Assembly: GCA_010093815.1 (NCBI GenBank)
Contig: ML996566.1
Length of the DNA stretch: 64,000 nt
Source of the DNA: Pseudovirgaria hyperparasitica
Taxonomy: Eukaryota
Direction: 5' to 3' (one strand)
The notes under the pieces were generated by a model. The model was not told where the DNA came from, did no database searches, and was given only the letters and a program-made list of their open reading frames with translations. Made by a program: the position numbers and the translations under genes. Below are positions 21,831 through 33,693 of this stretch, in pieces. How positions within the stretch are numbered: position 1 is the stretch's first letter; each line of letters starts with the position of its first letter.

Positions 21831-23976
21831 TCACTCGTGCACAAAAGCTTTGCCGTCTGCTACCACTACCCTCCCTATCCTCTTCAACACGTTTCTCCAT
21901 TCATTCTCTCGGTACCGGTCCCACGCGTCTAGGCCTTCTCTCGCCTCGATGCTCAACGTTTCGTATCCAGTCTTGATGACGCCTTGCACTTCCTTTGGGC
22001 TGAGATGACCCTTCTTGCTGCCTTTCTCCTCCAACAGTGTCTTGTAGTGCGCGCTCACTCCAATCAATGTGTTCATGCTCTCGTTCTTGTCTAGACTATA
22101 CGCGTCTCGAAATTCAGTGAGCTTCTCCCCGAGTTCCACAAGCTTGTAAAATAGGTCGTCGTACGCAGCTGGGTCCGGAAGGAAGGCCTCTCCTGATGCC
22201 AAGGAGAGTGCAATGATCGTTGTCAATAACGAAACGACGTCCGATGAGTATGGCAGCGAGCGAACATCGTCGGCATAAATAGTAAGAAAGCGGATGAAGG
22301 ATAGTAACGATCTCCATAGCTCCGACCAGTGGTAAGTCAACCGCGTGCGTGTACGAGATAAGTGTGAGATGATTCGAAGTAAGACTCCTAGGCATAGTGT
22401 GTAGAATTGTACGTCGAGACGTCGTCGCAAATTATGGTTAACACCGTCCATAACGATATCAAGTATGGTAGATACCACTATCCGATCGCCTCTAATAACA
22501 GGAAGATACGGTGGCCGTTGGCGACATAGTCGTACGGCAGTCTTGCTATCATCCCCACATAATCGCTTCATCAGTCCAGGATCCTCTATCAGTATCTGTA
22601 TGGTGAAGAGACTGAGGTACGTATACGCAGAAGCGCGAGCTGTACGGTGTGCGTGTTGAAAAAGATAAGATGTTAGGGAGAGGAAAGAGCTAAGCGGTGA
22701 TGCTGAAGTAGGACTTGCCGGACTAGATGTCACGAGGTTAAAGCAGAAGAGCTTATTGGCGTTGGCAAAGTCGTAAGTGGACAGGAGAATACCGGCTTCT
22801 GGGTCGGGTCTAGTGAACTTTAGTAGGAGATTCATAAAATCGTGAGGTCTTCGCCTACAGAGCCATAAATAAATCTTTAGCCTCTTCGGCTGATGGCGTT
22901 GGTGTTGTTGCTCGTGAGCCAGGCGCAAGGGCTCCTAGCCCAATCATATGGAGGGTGCTCCCTATACCCCAGCCTTCGGGAAGGTCCTCTTGTACCGCGA
23001 TATACCGGTCTCTTGTCGAGGCACATGTAGAGCCTACACAAAGGACAACCTTCTTGATTGCCTGATCATTGACAAAGTCGTCTAATCGCAATCTGTAAGG
23101 GTTCTGAAACTCAAACTTGTTGTAGTTTGCGAGGAGACCAAGAAGTAGGAACGGAGAGACAATATGGCTGCTATCATCCGCGTCGAGTGCGCACTTCCCA
23201 ATCATTTTAGCTTGAGCATAAAGGGGAGGGAGAGTCAGACTCACTTTCATGATAGCAGGGAATAGGTCTCTATGAGTGAAATAGCTGATAAGCCCGGTTC
23301 CCCATGCTCCACTAGTCATTGCCAATGCAGTCTGCACAGCTTTTTGTCTGACTTCCATACTCCTGCCATTTCGTATTATGCTTTCCAGAACTCCAACAAA
23401 TTCCATCAAAACTTTGTCGGCATCGTTGAGGCCTGCTAGCACACTGATGATGTCAGAGGATGGATTGGTGTATCGTTTGCTTAGCACGGCGCCTAGGAAT
23501 ACTGTCAAGGTCTGGTTCGTAAGTTGACCCGGCTATGTAAGGTATTGCTTGGAATGTCGGAGAGAAAGATGCGCGTGTGCGTGGTGTTGCCGCAGCTGAA
23601 ATTTAGGCTTACATCGAGTGCTATTTCGTCCGAAGGACTCCTACTTGCTTTGGCGGTACTAATTGCTCGCCGGAACAGGTTTTGAGACTGCGTCTGTTGC
23701 AGAAATCAGCGATGACTCTTGGCCAGATTTACCGATTGTGAAATCAGTATTGTGTAATGTACATACTTGCAACTGAAGTAAATGTTCTGCTCGCAAGTCG
23801 CCTAAAATGCGCTTGAGATATGCAGACTCCGGCCGGTGGAGAAAGAACTCCTGCCAGAATCCCTCAGAATCTTCGAAGTCTTCTACATCGTCTATGAACA
23901 ACTGCTCGTAGAGCTGCACGACTTTCGGCGTGAAATTATCAGGCCGGGTATCCTGCACGAGGGGGGACGGCTCCAT
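21831..23976 (-). CDS. ARMH3 / C10orf76 / DUF1741 armadillo-like helical protein, multi-exon
   Basis: MEPSPLVQDTRPDNFTPKVVQLYE..., FWQEFFL, LGLLANYNKFEFQNPY, RLTYHWSELWRSLL, FLPDPAAYDDLFYKLVE. Confidence 0.85.
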
Positions 23977-24282
23977 GGCGATGAGAGTAAATGCGGATGT
24001 CTAGACGTACATCGATAGAAAGACCATGCATAGTAGGGCGGTGCCCAAAGATCCAGTAGAAGGATATTATAGATTTCCGAGTACTCAGACATTGCGCGTC
24101 TACTTACGGGCAACCCAATCCGTTAAGGATCGGCCGGCTGCGCGTGGCTGGAGGATGTGGCTGTGGCACGGACCTTCGCGAGTTTTGAGATCAAGACCAT
24201 CAATTACTGTAATCTGGCTGATGCTCTCGCGGCGGTTACTATATGCTAATCCCCCTGCTATCCTCTAGACGACCTTACTGAA

Positions 24283-25110
24283 CTAGCTGAGAGATCCAAT
24301 CCAAGGCTCGTCCACTTTGTTGATGGCCACTTTCTCTTGGTCGCTCAAATGCTTATAGTATATCCCGACAGCGATACCACCAACTATAATAAGTAAAATC
24401 AGGATTCCACTTAACCATTTCACGAAACGAATTGGTAAACACATGACAGTCCGTCTTCCTCTACGCTCTGCGCGACGTTCCTCTTCCTCGGCGTATTCGG
24501 CGCTTCGAACATAGGATCCACGCGATTTGACGGAATCTTGACGACTAAATACCCTGCCGTTGAAAATTGAAAGTGAGGATGCGTATATCCTTGACACTGT
24601 CCGTCTCGGCACTGCATCGGCGGTCTCTTTGGTGCTGGGCGAGTGGATATATATGGAAAATGGCTTCGATGCACTCCCCTCTTCAGCAATCGGCGCAAAG
24701 TCAAAAACTGCAGTTCCGGGGACAATGTTTGGACTCGGCGTGGGAGTTTGAAATATCTCTTCAGAACTCACGTATGGGACTTTGCATTCACTTGCCGACG
24801 TAGACTGGGAATAAACACTGACGCTTCGTGGCTCGCTTCTCTGGCTGTTGTTTGGGCGCAGGGCGGATGCGCCAGATCTACTCCGATTACGTCGTACATA
24901 GGGATCTCTTCCCCAGTACTGCATATGTGCCGCTCTAGGAATAACTCTTGGGCCATGCGGTCGTTGACGCATAGGTGGCGAAGCGAATGTAGGAATTGTT
25001 GGTGAGGTCGGAGACGCAGCTGACCCTCGTAGCGCCCTGCTCTTGTCAGTATGCGACAGCATGGACTGTCTTACCACTATGCGAGACGTCTGCCCTAACT
25101 TACTCTTCAT
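24283..25110 (-). CDS. Hypothetical Ser/Arg/Pro-rich protein with one C-terminal transmembrane helix
   Basis: 275-aa ORF ending in basic patch RRGRRT, hydrophobic WLSGILILLIIVGGIAVGIYY and a short tail; start codon uncertain. Confidence 0.65.
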   Translation of the reverse strand: MKSKLGQTSRIVVRQSMLSHTDKSRALRGSAASPTSPTIPTFASPPMRQRPHGPRVIPRAAHMQYWGRDPYVRRNRSRSGASALRPNNSQRSEPRSVSVYSQSTSASECKVPYVSSEEIFQTPTPSPNIVPGTAVFDFAPIAEEGSASKPFSIYIHSPSTKETADAVPRRTVSRIYASSLSIFNGRVFSRQDSVKSRGSYVRSAEYAEEEERRAERRGRRTVMCLPIRFVKWLSGILILLIIVGGIAVGIYYKHLSDQEKVAINKVDEPWIGSLS

Positions 25111-27687
25111 CGTATGTGCTACCCCACGAACGCATGATCACCGTGACTCAAGAGCGATTGTACGCGTCTTGAAACCTCCCTCGATTTGGTCGGGTTCGCT
25201 TCGATTATACGGTTTGCCAACCAGAACCTGAGTCGCTTCTACTCCCTCGACGTCCTTTGGATGCTGAAGTAAGGAGGTTTCGGACGCAATGGCTAAGAAA
25301 AGTCAAAACACCCCAGGCAACAAGGGAGACTACGGGCATCGTCTAGGCTCGCTGAGTGATTTTAATAGAGGAAGACGGTAACTACCTGGAACTGTATTGA
25401 AATTTGGCGTTGCTCCACAACAAGAGCAGAGACATAATAAACATACCCCGGAATCGCGTGGATGCGACCTTTACCATGGCCATTGGCTACAGCCTATGAT
25501 ATACCAGCTACTAGTCTCTGGTTGAGAACCAGAAATTGGCCGCAAGCAACCTTGAGTATTGGTTGAGACGCGGACTCTTTCAATGCTAGCCAACACCAGC
25601 GATCGCTCCACGCACTCCCAAACACAGAAGTCATAGGGGGTAATCTAGACGTGAGACAGCAGTCTCATTTGCAACAATACTACTTGCTCGATAAGATCAC
25701 AAGCCCAGAAGCTTGCCTTGTAAGATCCGGTTGAGCAATAGGGCAACGCATCCGGCACGGTCCGCCGTACCTGCATATGTGGTTAGGGCTGAGGCAATAA
25801 TCCCCGAATGGCACTAGCTAGGCTTGTGACAAGAGAGCTTCTCGCACGTTCAGATATGGTTTTTAGGTCGGTATTGCATTCGGATGTGAATGTGAATATG
25901 AATGATCTAGCATGTCCCCCAATACTGTTGCCGTCAGTCAACTTTGCGGTTTGTTGCCGCAGCATACGTCTCTACTAGGACAAAAGGAACATTGCTATGT
26001 ATAATCGCTCGTTCTTATTGGCTTCTAGAAAGTTTTACAAGTACGTTGGCGTGGAGATATTTCAATTCAGGGAAAAACTTCAGCGCATGCATGATAGGTA
26101 CCTGGTATTTACGAATCCCTAATCTCTAGAATCGAAGCTCAAAAATCAGGTACGTCGAGACTGCTTAAGGTATTAGTATCGACTCTTCTCCCCTACGTTG
26201 AGCTACTGACTATGCGAATATCTGCAACGACCTTCGTCCATTATTCCGCTGTCAATACAAAGGGTTTTGAGCAAGCGAAAGGATCGACATAGGACTGAGG
26301 ACGGATCTGCTCCACACAGCTCGCGTGTACGAATTTGGTCATCTCCTTGAATCTCATTGTTTCTGTACGCATATCTCGTAAAATTTATTGCTGTCTGGGC
26401 TCTCAATAGGCCTTCGTTGACCATCCCGGTATTCTGCCTTGCTCGTAATAAACGAACGGCGATATAAATTTCTGCGACACCATATGTGCGTACATGTAAG
26501 CTAACACTCTCAGATATCAGGGAACCCTCAATATCTCTTGATCTCCGACGAACCGTATCGGAACCTTCATGAATAAACCTTACAATCACACTTAGTTTCC
26601 TGGCCCATTTTGTCGCCTCGGACTGGTAGGTTCACGACACTCTCGTTCAACATCGCGGATATCCTAGTGCATCGCAGCCTCTAGCAACTTATCATTCGGA
26701 AGTGTGTCAACACACTCAGCAGCTTTACAATTGTACGGTCGCACATGTGCGAAATGTACTGATTGTCAAACAAGGTCAAGGGATTGAAATACTTGTTTGA
26801 CGCCAAAAGGATACAGCAACATGCGCATGCAAGTCACGACAGGAGTTGAAATCGATGTTTACGACCTGCACGCCGATGTAGGGTGGGACATTCGGGTCCC
26901 ATGCTAGGCTCTCTACTAGTCGGTCGCAGGAGCAGCGATGAGGACTTGGTTGCCCGGCGCTCAAACATCCATCAAGCCGCCTCCGCCGTCAGTGTCTTCT
27001 CCGTTGCTCCCAGTTGTAATCTCCGACAACACCAGCAGTCGCTACATCGACAGACCCAGGTCACCCGTAGCTTAGCCACGGTCAATGGGCTGACCGATCC
27101 ATAGGTCAAGCTGATCAAGGACAGAATCTCGCATGTGCTAGGGTTAGTGACTTTTCATATGGTAATCCAGCAAGATCGCTGTTGTGACGATCCGATTCTG
27201 ACGAACTATAAAAGAATGGTCAGGCGTGAGGCAAAGAAGGAGGGCGATAAGGTAATACTTGAGCCGTCTGTGCTTATAAAAGGGTCATAACCCTGTTTGC
27301 TTACAAAATGATGAATCTAGCTTGAGTATACCTAGAGAATATGTCAGATGTACTGCCAAATGTGGTAGCGTAGCTAATTCTTATATTAGTACGAATTTAG
27401 TGAGTATGTAATTAGCAAATCCCTGTCGCCACGTAGCGTCCTTAGTGCACTGGAGCCATCCATTCAGCAGTTCGAGGATTAGACGAGCCAACCAATGAGA
27501 ACCCTGACAAACCGCCCCTGCAAGACTGATGTGCCGTGCGCCTCATAAAGCAACCACATCGCATGTTTCGACATGTAATTACTTCTAGACACTTTACGAG
27601 CTGACCCAAGTCTTCTCTCTGGCGCAGTCTGCAGCACATACGAGACTGGTCCTGACCGTGTCGCACACGTCAAGTAGCGCCACAATA

Positions 27688-29534
27688 ATGACTATGGGAA
27701 GTATAATGCAGAGGGATAAGGGGGACAGCACGGAATCAGATAGCGGGAACTTCGTCAGGAAGAGACGCTATGCGACTCGAGTAAGGACAGGGTGTGGTAC
27801 ATGCAGAAGTTCGTTTAATCCTCCGTTGCTGACCTATAGAGCGAATGCTGAATGTAGTAATAGTACGACGAGTGAAATGTGATGAAGGTCGGCCACATTG
27901 CATGAATTGTTCCAGCACAGGCCGCATATGTGAGGGATATACAGCGCCTGCCTCGTGGGGCAAGCAAGGTAGCAAGTCCGGAACGAAGGATAAGGTAGCA
28001 AACAAGAAGGACTCTTGCCTTAGGGATACGGCAACTGTACCAGGTGGCCCAACAAAGACGACTAAACTTATGATCGCACGTGCTTCTAACCCGAAACTTA
28101 ACCTCGAACACCAACCTGGCTATTTTGGCTTGTGTTGTCTACCAGGGCAGACCCCTGAGAGGTTGATGGACGCTCTGTCTCGACTGGAGAATCATACGCG
28201 ATTTCTGGAGGCTACTCGGACGCTTTTCAACGAGTCTATCTATTCGCCGCTTGGTCACTGCTACAATGCCGTTGTGCGTACAGATCAGAATCTATTGCTC
28301 AATTCAATCTCGTTGTATTCCGATGCCACAATCGCCGCCAGTCGGGGTACGGTCTTGAAGGAAGACTCGAAGACACTGGCGAGTATCATGCACGGCGTCT
28401 CACATTCCCTTGCCGGGCAGGTCCCGATTTACAAGCTATATCGGATGATGGCTCTCGTAAATTCGATGTGTCTCTACGAAGTAAGACGAGCTATATCGTC
28501 ATGTCAAACCGTACAGCTAACTCTCTGGCAGATTGTCCAAGGAGGTACCCGGCTTGCAGTACACTTCAGTGGTCTAGCACGCATGGTCGAGGTCGCTGGT
28601 GGCATCGCAAATATCGACTTTGGACACCTTCCACGAACACTTGAGGCTACAGACCTCATAACTTCCATCTATCTAGGGACGCTTCCCCTCTACGCTCCTG
28701 TCTCATTTCCCAACCTAGAACACCAGAAATCAGGTGGTGACAGAGCGGAACACTCGAGACCATTCCTGTTGACATCGCCCTTGTATATTTGTGAAGCTTT
28801 CGCCCTAGCACATAAGTACAATGGTAATATATCGGAGACATCCGTGCAGATTATGCAGGATGCGTTCAATCTGTTCAAGATTCGCGTCAAGTCAATGGAA
28901 AGAGTTACAGAAGCATCACCTATTACACTAAATGCGGATACGTCCACTTCCGATACATATTACGCCGACCTCCAGACCGCACTAAAATCAGACATGATAT
29001 CCACGAAATCTGCCCAACACTTTGTCAACGAGACTATCCGGCAAGCTGCTATCATCTGGTGGCGAGCTGTTGCACGATTCACTCCTTTCGACGCTCCTGG
29101 AAATGATGTGAATTTGATAGCTATCTACAATTCTATGTCCTGGATACCACTAGAAGCGTGGACTGGATTGCCATTCGTCTATCTATGGATGTAAGGAAAT
29201 AACGACTGACAATCCCGCAACTGCGCACTAACACTTGTTTAGTATTCTGATCGCTTGCTCAGCCTCGACGAGGCATCAGAGGGCTCGTAGATTCTTCTTC
29301 GCCGAGATGTCCCGGTCGTCACTGTGCTTTGGTACAAGCTGTCTTTCACTGTTCGCACGTTAGTCCAAGATATCTCATCTCTGCTTCTCATTATGTACAC
29401 TAATACCCGAGTTAGCAATCACGAACAACTTTCTGTGGTTCAGTGAACAGATTCGAATTCAGCAAAAACGCTCCAGCGCTGCGGCCGGATGCCCTAACCC
29501 TTCAAAATCAGTGTCAACTACAAGAGCTCGTTGA
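27688..29534 (+). CDS. Zn(II)2Cys6 binuclear cluster transcription factor, multi-exon
   Basis: RVRTGCGTCR(intron)IRRVKCDEGRPHCMNCSSTGRICEGY. Introns near 27809-27863, 28481-28531, 29190-29242 and about 29359-29415; C-terminal exon boundaries are inferred. Confidence 0.85.
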
Positions 29535-30545
29535 TAAAAATAGAGAACTGTAGAGAAATTACTCGCAAGCTCCCAACTTCTATCACTAGCCAGAGTGCCC
29601 CCGGAGTTCGTGTGAGAGCATGTACAACATCCATTAGACCAAAGGTCGCCTACCGACTTGCCCATTCAACATCAACACTGAATAGAAACATCCTATACAC
29701 TGGCGTGTGAGACTTCCTGCTCCTGAATGAGGACTCGACAGAACAAAACAGGGCCAGTTCGGATCACCCAAGACCCAAGAGCAGGCCAGGAGAAGCAACG
29801 ACAGCTCAACAGTGTGCTGTAGCGAGGATAGCGAGGTCATGAATGACATCAAATGTTGATGAAGCCAGGAATTCACATAGAAGCATTTTAGAATTGCCAT
29901 CATTATTAAAGCTGCCATTCTGGAACTATAGCCCGGATTCGAGACGTGTCCCTTTCGAGTTGCGTATAATCAACCCTAGATGACTCGCAATCTGAAGGGC
30001 TAGCCAAGGCAGTCTAGGCCCTGTTGGCCACGATGTAGCTTCGATGTTAGGTAATGGATAATAGCATAGTCAAAAGCAAACGTCCACACACCTCCTGATT
30101 TCTGAAGATCCCTGTATGTAAATCACATGAAACTCCAATAAACCCCTAGGCTTTCGTGATATACGTGCTGTGAAAGAACTAAGTAAGCAAGAAAACAAAA
30201 GGTAGCATGGCGACTATAGTGCAGGAGCATTTCTCATTTCTAGTATCGAAGCTTGGCACAAGGTATTACTACTAATTGATAGCTTTTGTCTCATCTACTA
30301 TTTCTACTATTCATAAGCAAAAGGGGTATCATAAGCTGCTTAGACAATAGAAAGAAACATCGTTGCGTTGTAATGGCTAGGTACGGGAATAAACATATAG
30401 TCCCTGTAAGCTTCGCTGCGCAGTGATGGCTATGGAAAGTATTGGACATATGAATTCAGGAAGTATTGTTGTGTGAAGATGGGTATGCAAGATGTTTAAT
30501 AGCTAAAGCCAAAGAACATGAAACTCGCAATGAAATATATCCACA

Positions 30546-31520
30546 ATGGCCGTGGACCTTTAAGAGGGCTACTCACGGCTCATACTCGTCCAACTTTGGC
30601 TCTGTATCTACGGACTCCTCACGTTCTGGCGTGGGAGTAGACAGCAAGCGTACGCCATACCTGTGCAGCTGCAAGTCCCACACACGCTGCCACCTCATAT
30701 TCCTCCTGGCTCTGGACCGCACGTTTCTCGCGTCCTGCAATTCTTACTGGTACGTCAGTGGGATATCAGTCTTCCCTGTACGGAAGCGATATGACTCGCG
30801 CACCAGACATTCGTTGACATCGCAATGACTTGCCCATCCGGGATCGTACCGCGAGATCGAGTCCTTAAGTCCTTCCACGACCCAGCGATAGACCTACAGC
30901 AACCACGGTGCGGCCTTATCATAGATGGAAAGAGTAAAATCCTTGCACTTTCCTGTAAACATTATTGTTCTCGCTATGATACTATACATTGATGAGGTCG
31001 TCTCCGATACCAACCCGAATTGTACAGTCAGGAGAGCGAAGTGCTGGAGCAAGGATGATTAGTTCTATGAAGCTTCTAGATTTGTCAGAGTACATTCAAG
31101 AGACGTACGTATAAGGTAGAACAACAGCGTGTCCTGCTCGAACCTCGATGACTAGGTTACATGACTGACGATTCGTTTCGGGAGGACTCTGACTCTTGCC
31201 CATTTTTCAATGCTGATGATGTTTCTCGTGTTACTCGCACGATTATGGATAATATGACTCTGGCGGGACTGCTCGGAGTACAATATTCCTTCTATGGAAG
31301 TATGTTTGTAAGGCGCCACTAGACTGGAGTATCAAGGTACAAGACAATCAACAATGTCGCAACTAAGCAGATAGACCCGAACGAACCACATGAAACCATG
31401 GATACGTAACTGTTGACCTACGGAGACTCCGTTTCGACACGAAGCGCGCCCATGGTGCTATGCCATACGAGGAAAGAGGTCATTTCAGATTCTGGCCTTC
31501 TGGAGGAGGAATACCTCCAT
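30546..31520 (+). pseudogene. Possible heavily decayed cytochrome P450 relic
   Basis: Fragments in correct P450 order across stops and frameshifts: hydrophobic N-anchor, HIP(P)G/LWTARFSR (about 30696-30733), WSKDD*FYEA (about 31045-31075), FGR..F.NADDV...AGLLG (about 31177-31280), MPY..KEV/FRFWPS K-helix ExxR-like (31460-31501). No heme Cys motif found. Confidence 0.35.
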
Positions 31521-31748
31521 ACTATCCCGTGATTCATCTTTCGACTCTTGAGTGCCTAAACTCCCGTTGTGGCGTCCATGTATCTGAATTGGAGTGGGCA
31601 GGCGTCTAGTTCTGGCGTGGAAAAAAACATCGACGTACATCACAATATGGGTCTATCAGACGTTAGCGGGTGTTCTCACAAAAGTCATCTCGTTTGAGAC
31701 TAAAATATCATGCCTCATTTCGATCTCCGGCGTTTTCATGCACTGTCA

Positions 31749-32819
31749 TCAGCTGTCATGCTCCTCTCGAGCACTCCTCGGCAGCTCCAAGTCCACAATC
31801 CATGGAGCCTGAGCAGGACGATACATCAGGTTCATTATCGACGCATTGACGAGCAATGTATCTTCTCCCCTCTCTCTACTTAATGGACCTCCATTCCGAT
31901 CGTCTCTCTGGGCCTCGCCGCTAACATCAACAAACTGCAGATCCTGCTTGCTGCCAACACGTCGTTCACCAACACGCGTACTCTTCTGAACAAAGTCTTC
32001 CGCATCTTCCGTAGCTTCCTCTAGTCCACTCCCGGCCGTCAACTCTGCATTCACCTTCTCAACATCCCATGTGATGCGCTCCGCTCCCGACCCTTCATGA
32101 ATATGTCCACAACAAAACAGCCTTGGTCGCGCACGGGCCGCTGCACGCAATAAGTGAGGGCAACCAGCATGCGTCCTCTGGAAAGTCATATCACGATGAC
32201 CTCTTGGTGGCCCATGCGTCATTAGGATATCAACCTCTGGCCACGATGGAATCGGATGCTCCACGATCGATGTCGCACCCGGCGATGATAGTGCAGCTGG
32301 GTTCCACCTGTCTTCACCGCGTTGATAGTCGAAAGCCCAATCACAAAAGACAGGCTGGTACGGTGACGCATAGATGGTGAAATTTGCGCCGTTACTGAGG
32401 TTGAAGCGGTACAGACCTTCGTCGAGGTATCGTATGCCTTTCTTTTGGGTCTCATCGCAGGTCCACATCGCCTTCGCGGACTCAACAGTATGATTCCACC
32501 ATCGATGGGTGTATTGCATATTATCGTCAGAAAGCATCTTGTATCGAATACCATTCGGCCCACGGTACTTGTCGTCGAGGCTGACGTCATGATTTCCTGC
32601 AATCACAAGCTTGAGCTCAGCGTCGCACTGATTGAGCATGTCGATTGTTGTCTTGTATTCTTCTAGCTCTCCTCTAATAGTTAAGTCGCCGCAGTGGAGC
32701 AGGATATCTGCTCTGGGTAGCGGGTATTTGAAGGGATATGGGGAAGAGGCATCGCCGAGCGAAGCAGTATGCGTGTCGGAAATAATGAGGATGCGAGTCT
32801 TGACCGTTGACGATGTCAT
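31749..32819 (-). CDS. Calcineurin-like metallophosphoesterase (MPPED1/239FB-like)
   Basis: ISDTH, HCGDLT, IAGNHD, THGPP and CGHIHE motifs; intronless. Confidence 0.9.
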   Translation of the reverse strand: MTSSTVKTRILIISDTHTASLGDASSPYPFKYPLPRADILLHCGDLTIRGELEEYKTTIDMLNQCDAELKLVIAGNHDVSLDDKYRGPNGIRYKMLSDDNMQYTHRWWNHTVESAKAMWTCDETQKKGIRYLDEGLYRFNLSNGANFTIYASPYQPVFCDWAFDYQRGEDRWNPAALSSPGATSIVEHPIPSWPEVDILMTHGPPRGHRDMTFQRTHAGCPHLLRAAARARPRLFCCGHIHEGSGAERITWDVEKVNAELTAGSGLEEATEDAEDFVQKSTRVGERRVGSKQDLQFVDVSGEAQRDDRNGGPLSRERGEDTLLVNASIMNLMYRPAQAPWIVDLELPRSAREEHDS

Positions 32820-33693
32820 TTTGACGGTCACGTTGTCGATGGTATTGAAGATATCATGGAGAACGTCGCTGTTTAAGAGTCATTGTTGGCGCCGACATTG
32901 GAATTAAAGCTGCAGGGATCATGAGTGCTAATCCCAAACTGGGTGTCGCGCCAAGAATGTGGAGTAGATATGGTGGTGAGATACGTCAGCAAATCTTTGA
33001 TGGAGATTGCACTCGCTTTGGTGACAATGAACAGCATAAGGATTCTGAGAAATATCCATATTGCCTATTCTGAAGAGAATTGGGTGAAGGTTCTGATGAT
33101 TAGCCATTATGACACGCATGAGTCCGACCACGGCTAGGGCGGCTGAGCGAATATTTCCTTTCCTTGATTGAATATGCACTTTGAGAGGCATATATATAGG
33201 ATAGAGGCGGGCGTAGCTTGTCTAAGAGGACGTCTTGCACCGGAGCGACACCACATTTGAGATGTTACCAGGGGTTTTCGGTCCCATTTCGTGACCACCT
33301 AAAGACAACCCACTAATAATACAATCACAGCCTCGATTCTTTCGTCTGAAACAGCTACACATAAGCCGCGGAATAGATTCCTCCTATATGTTCCAGCCGC
33401 ATTGATCCAGTACCGCTAGATTCAGTGGGCTGATACCGTGGGTATATAAATTCGGATTCTTTCAGCATCCTTTGCGGGAAAACAAGAAACGATAGGGAAG
33501 ATTGGTGTACAGAATGTAAATACACGCAGCCAAGGTGAATCGAGAAAACTCAACAGATGTTGCGTAAAGGTCACAATATGTACAAAGAGACGAGAAAAGG
33601 AAGGGAGGAAGTAAGGCACTGAGAAACGAGTGAGTCTTAGATAAGACGGCCCGAAATTGCACAAAAGGGCGGTTTTGTACGGAACGAGCAACA

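Noticed and set aside
25300..27650. Short ORFs such as 26203-26589 in a long gap
   Set aside because: No recognisable motifs, near-cognate starts and no consistent splice pattern.
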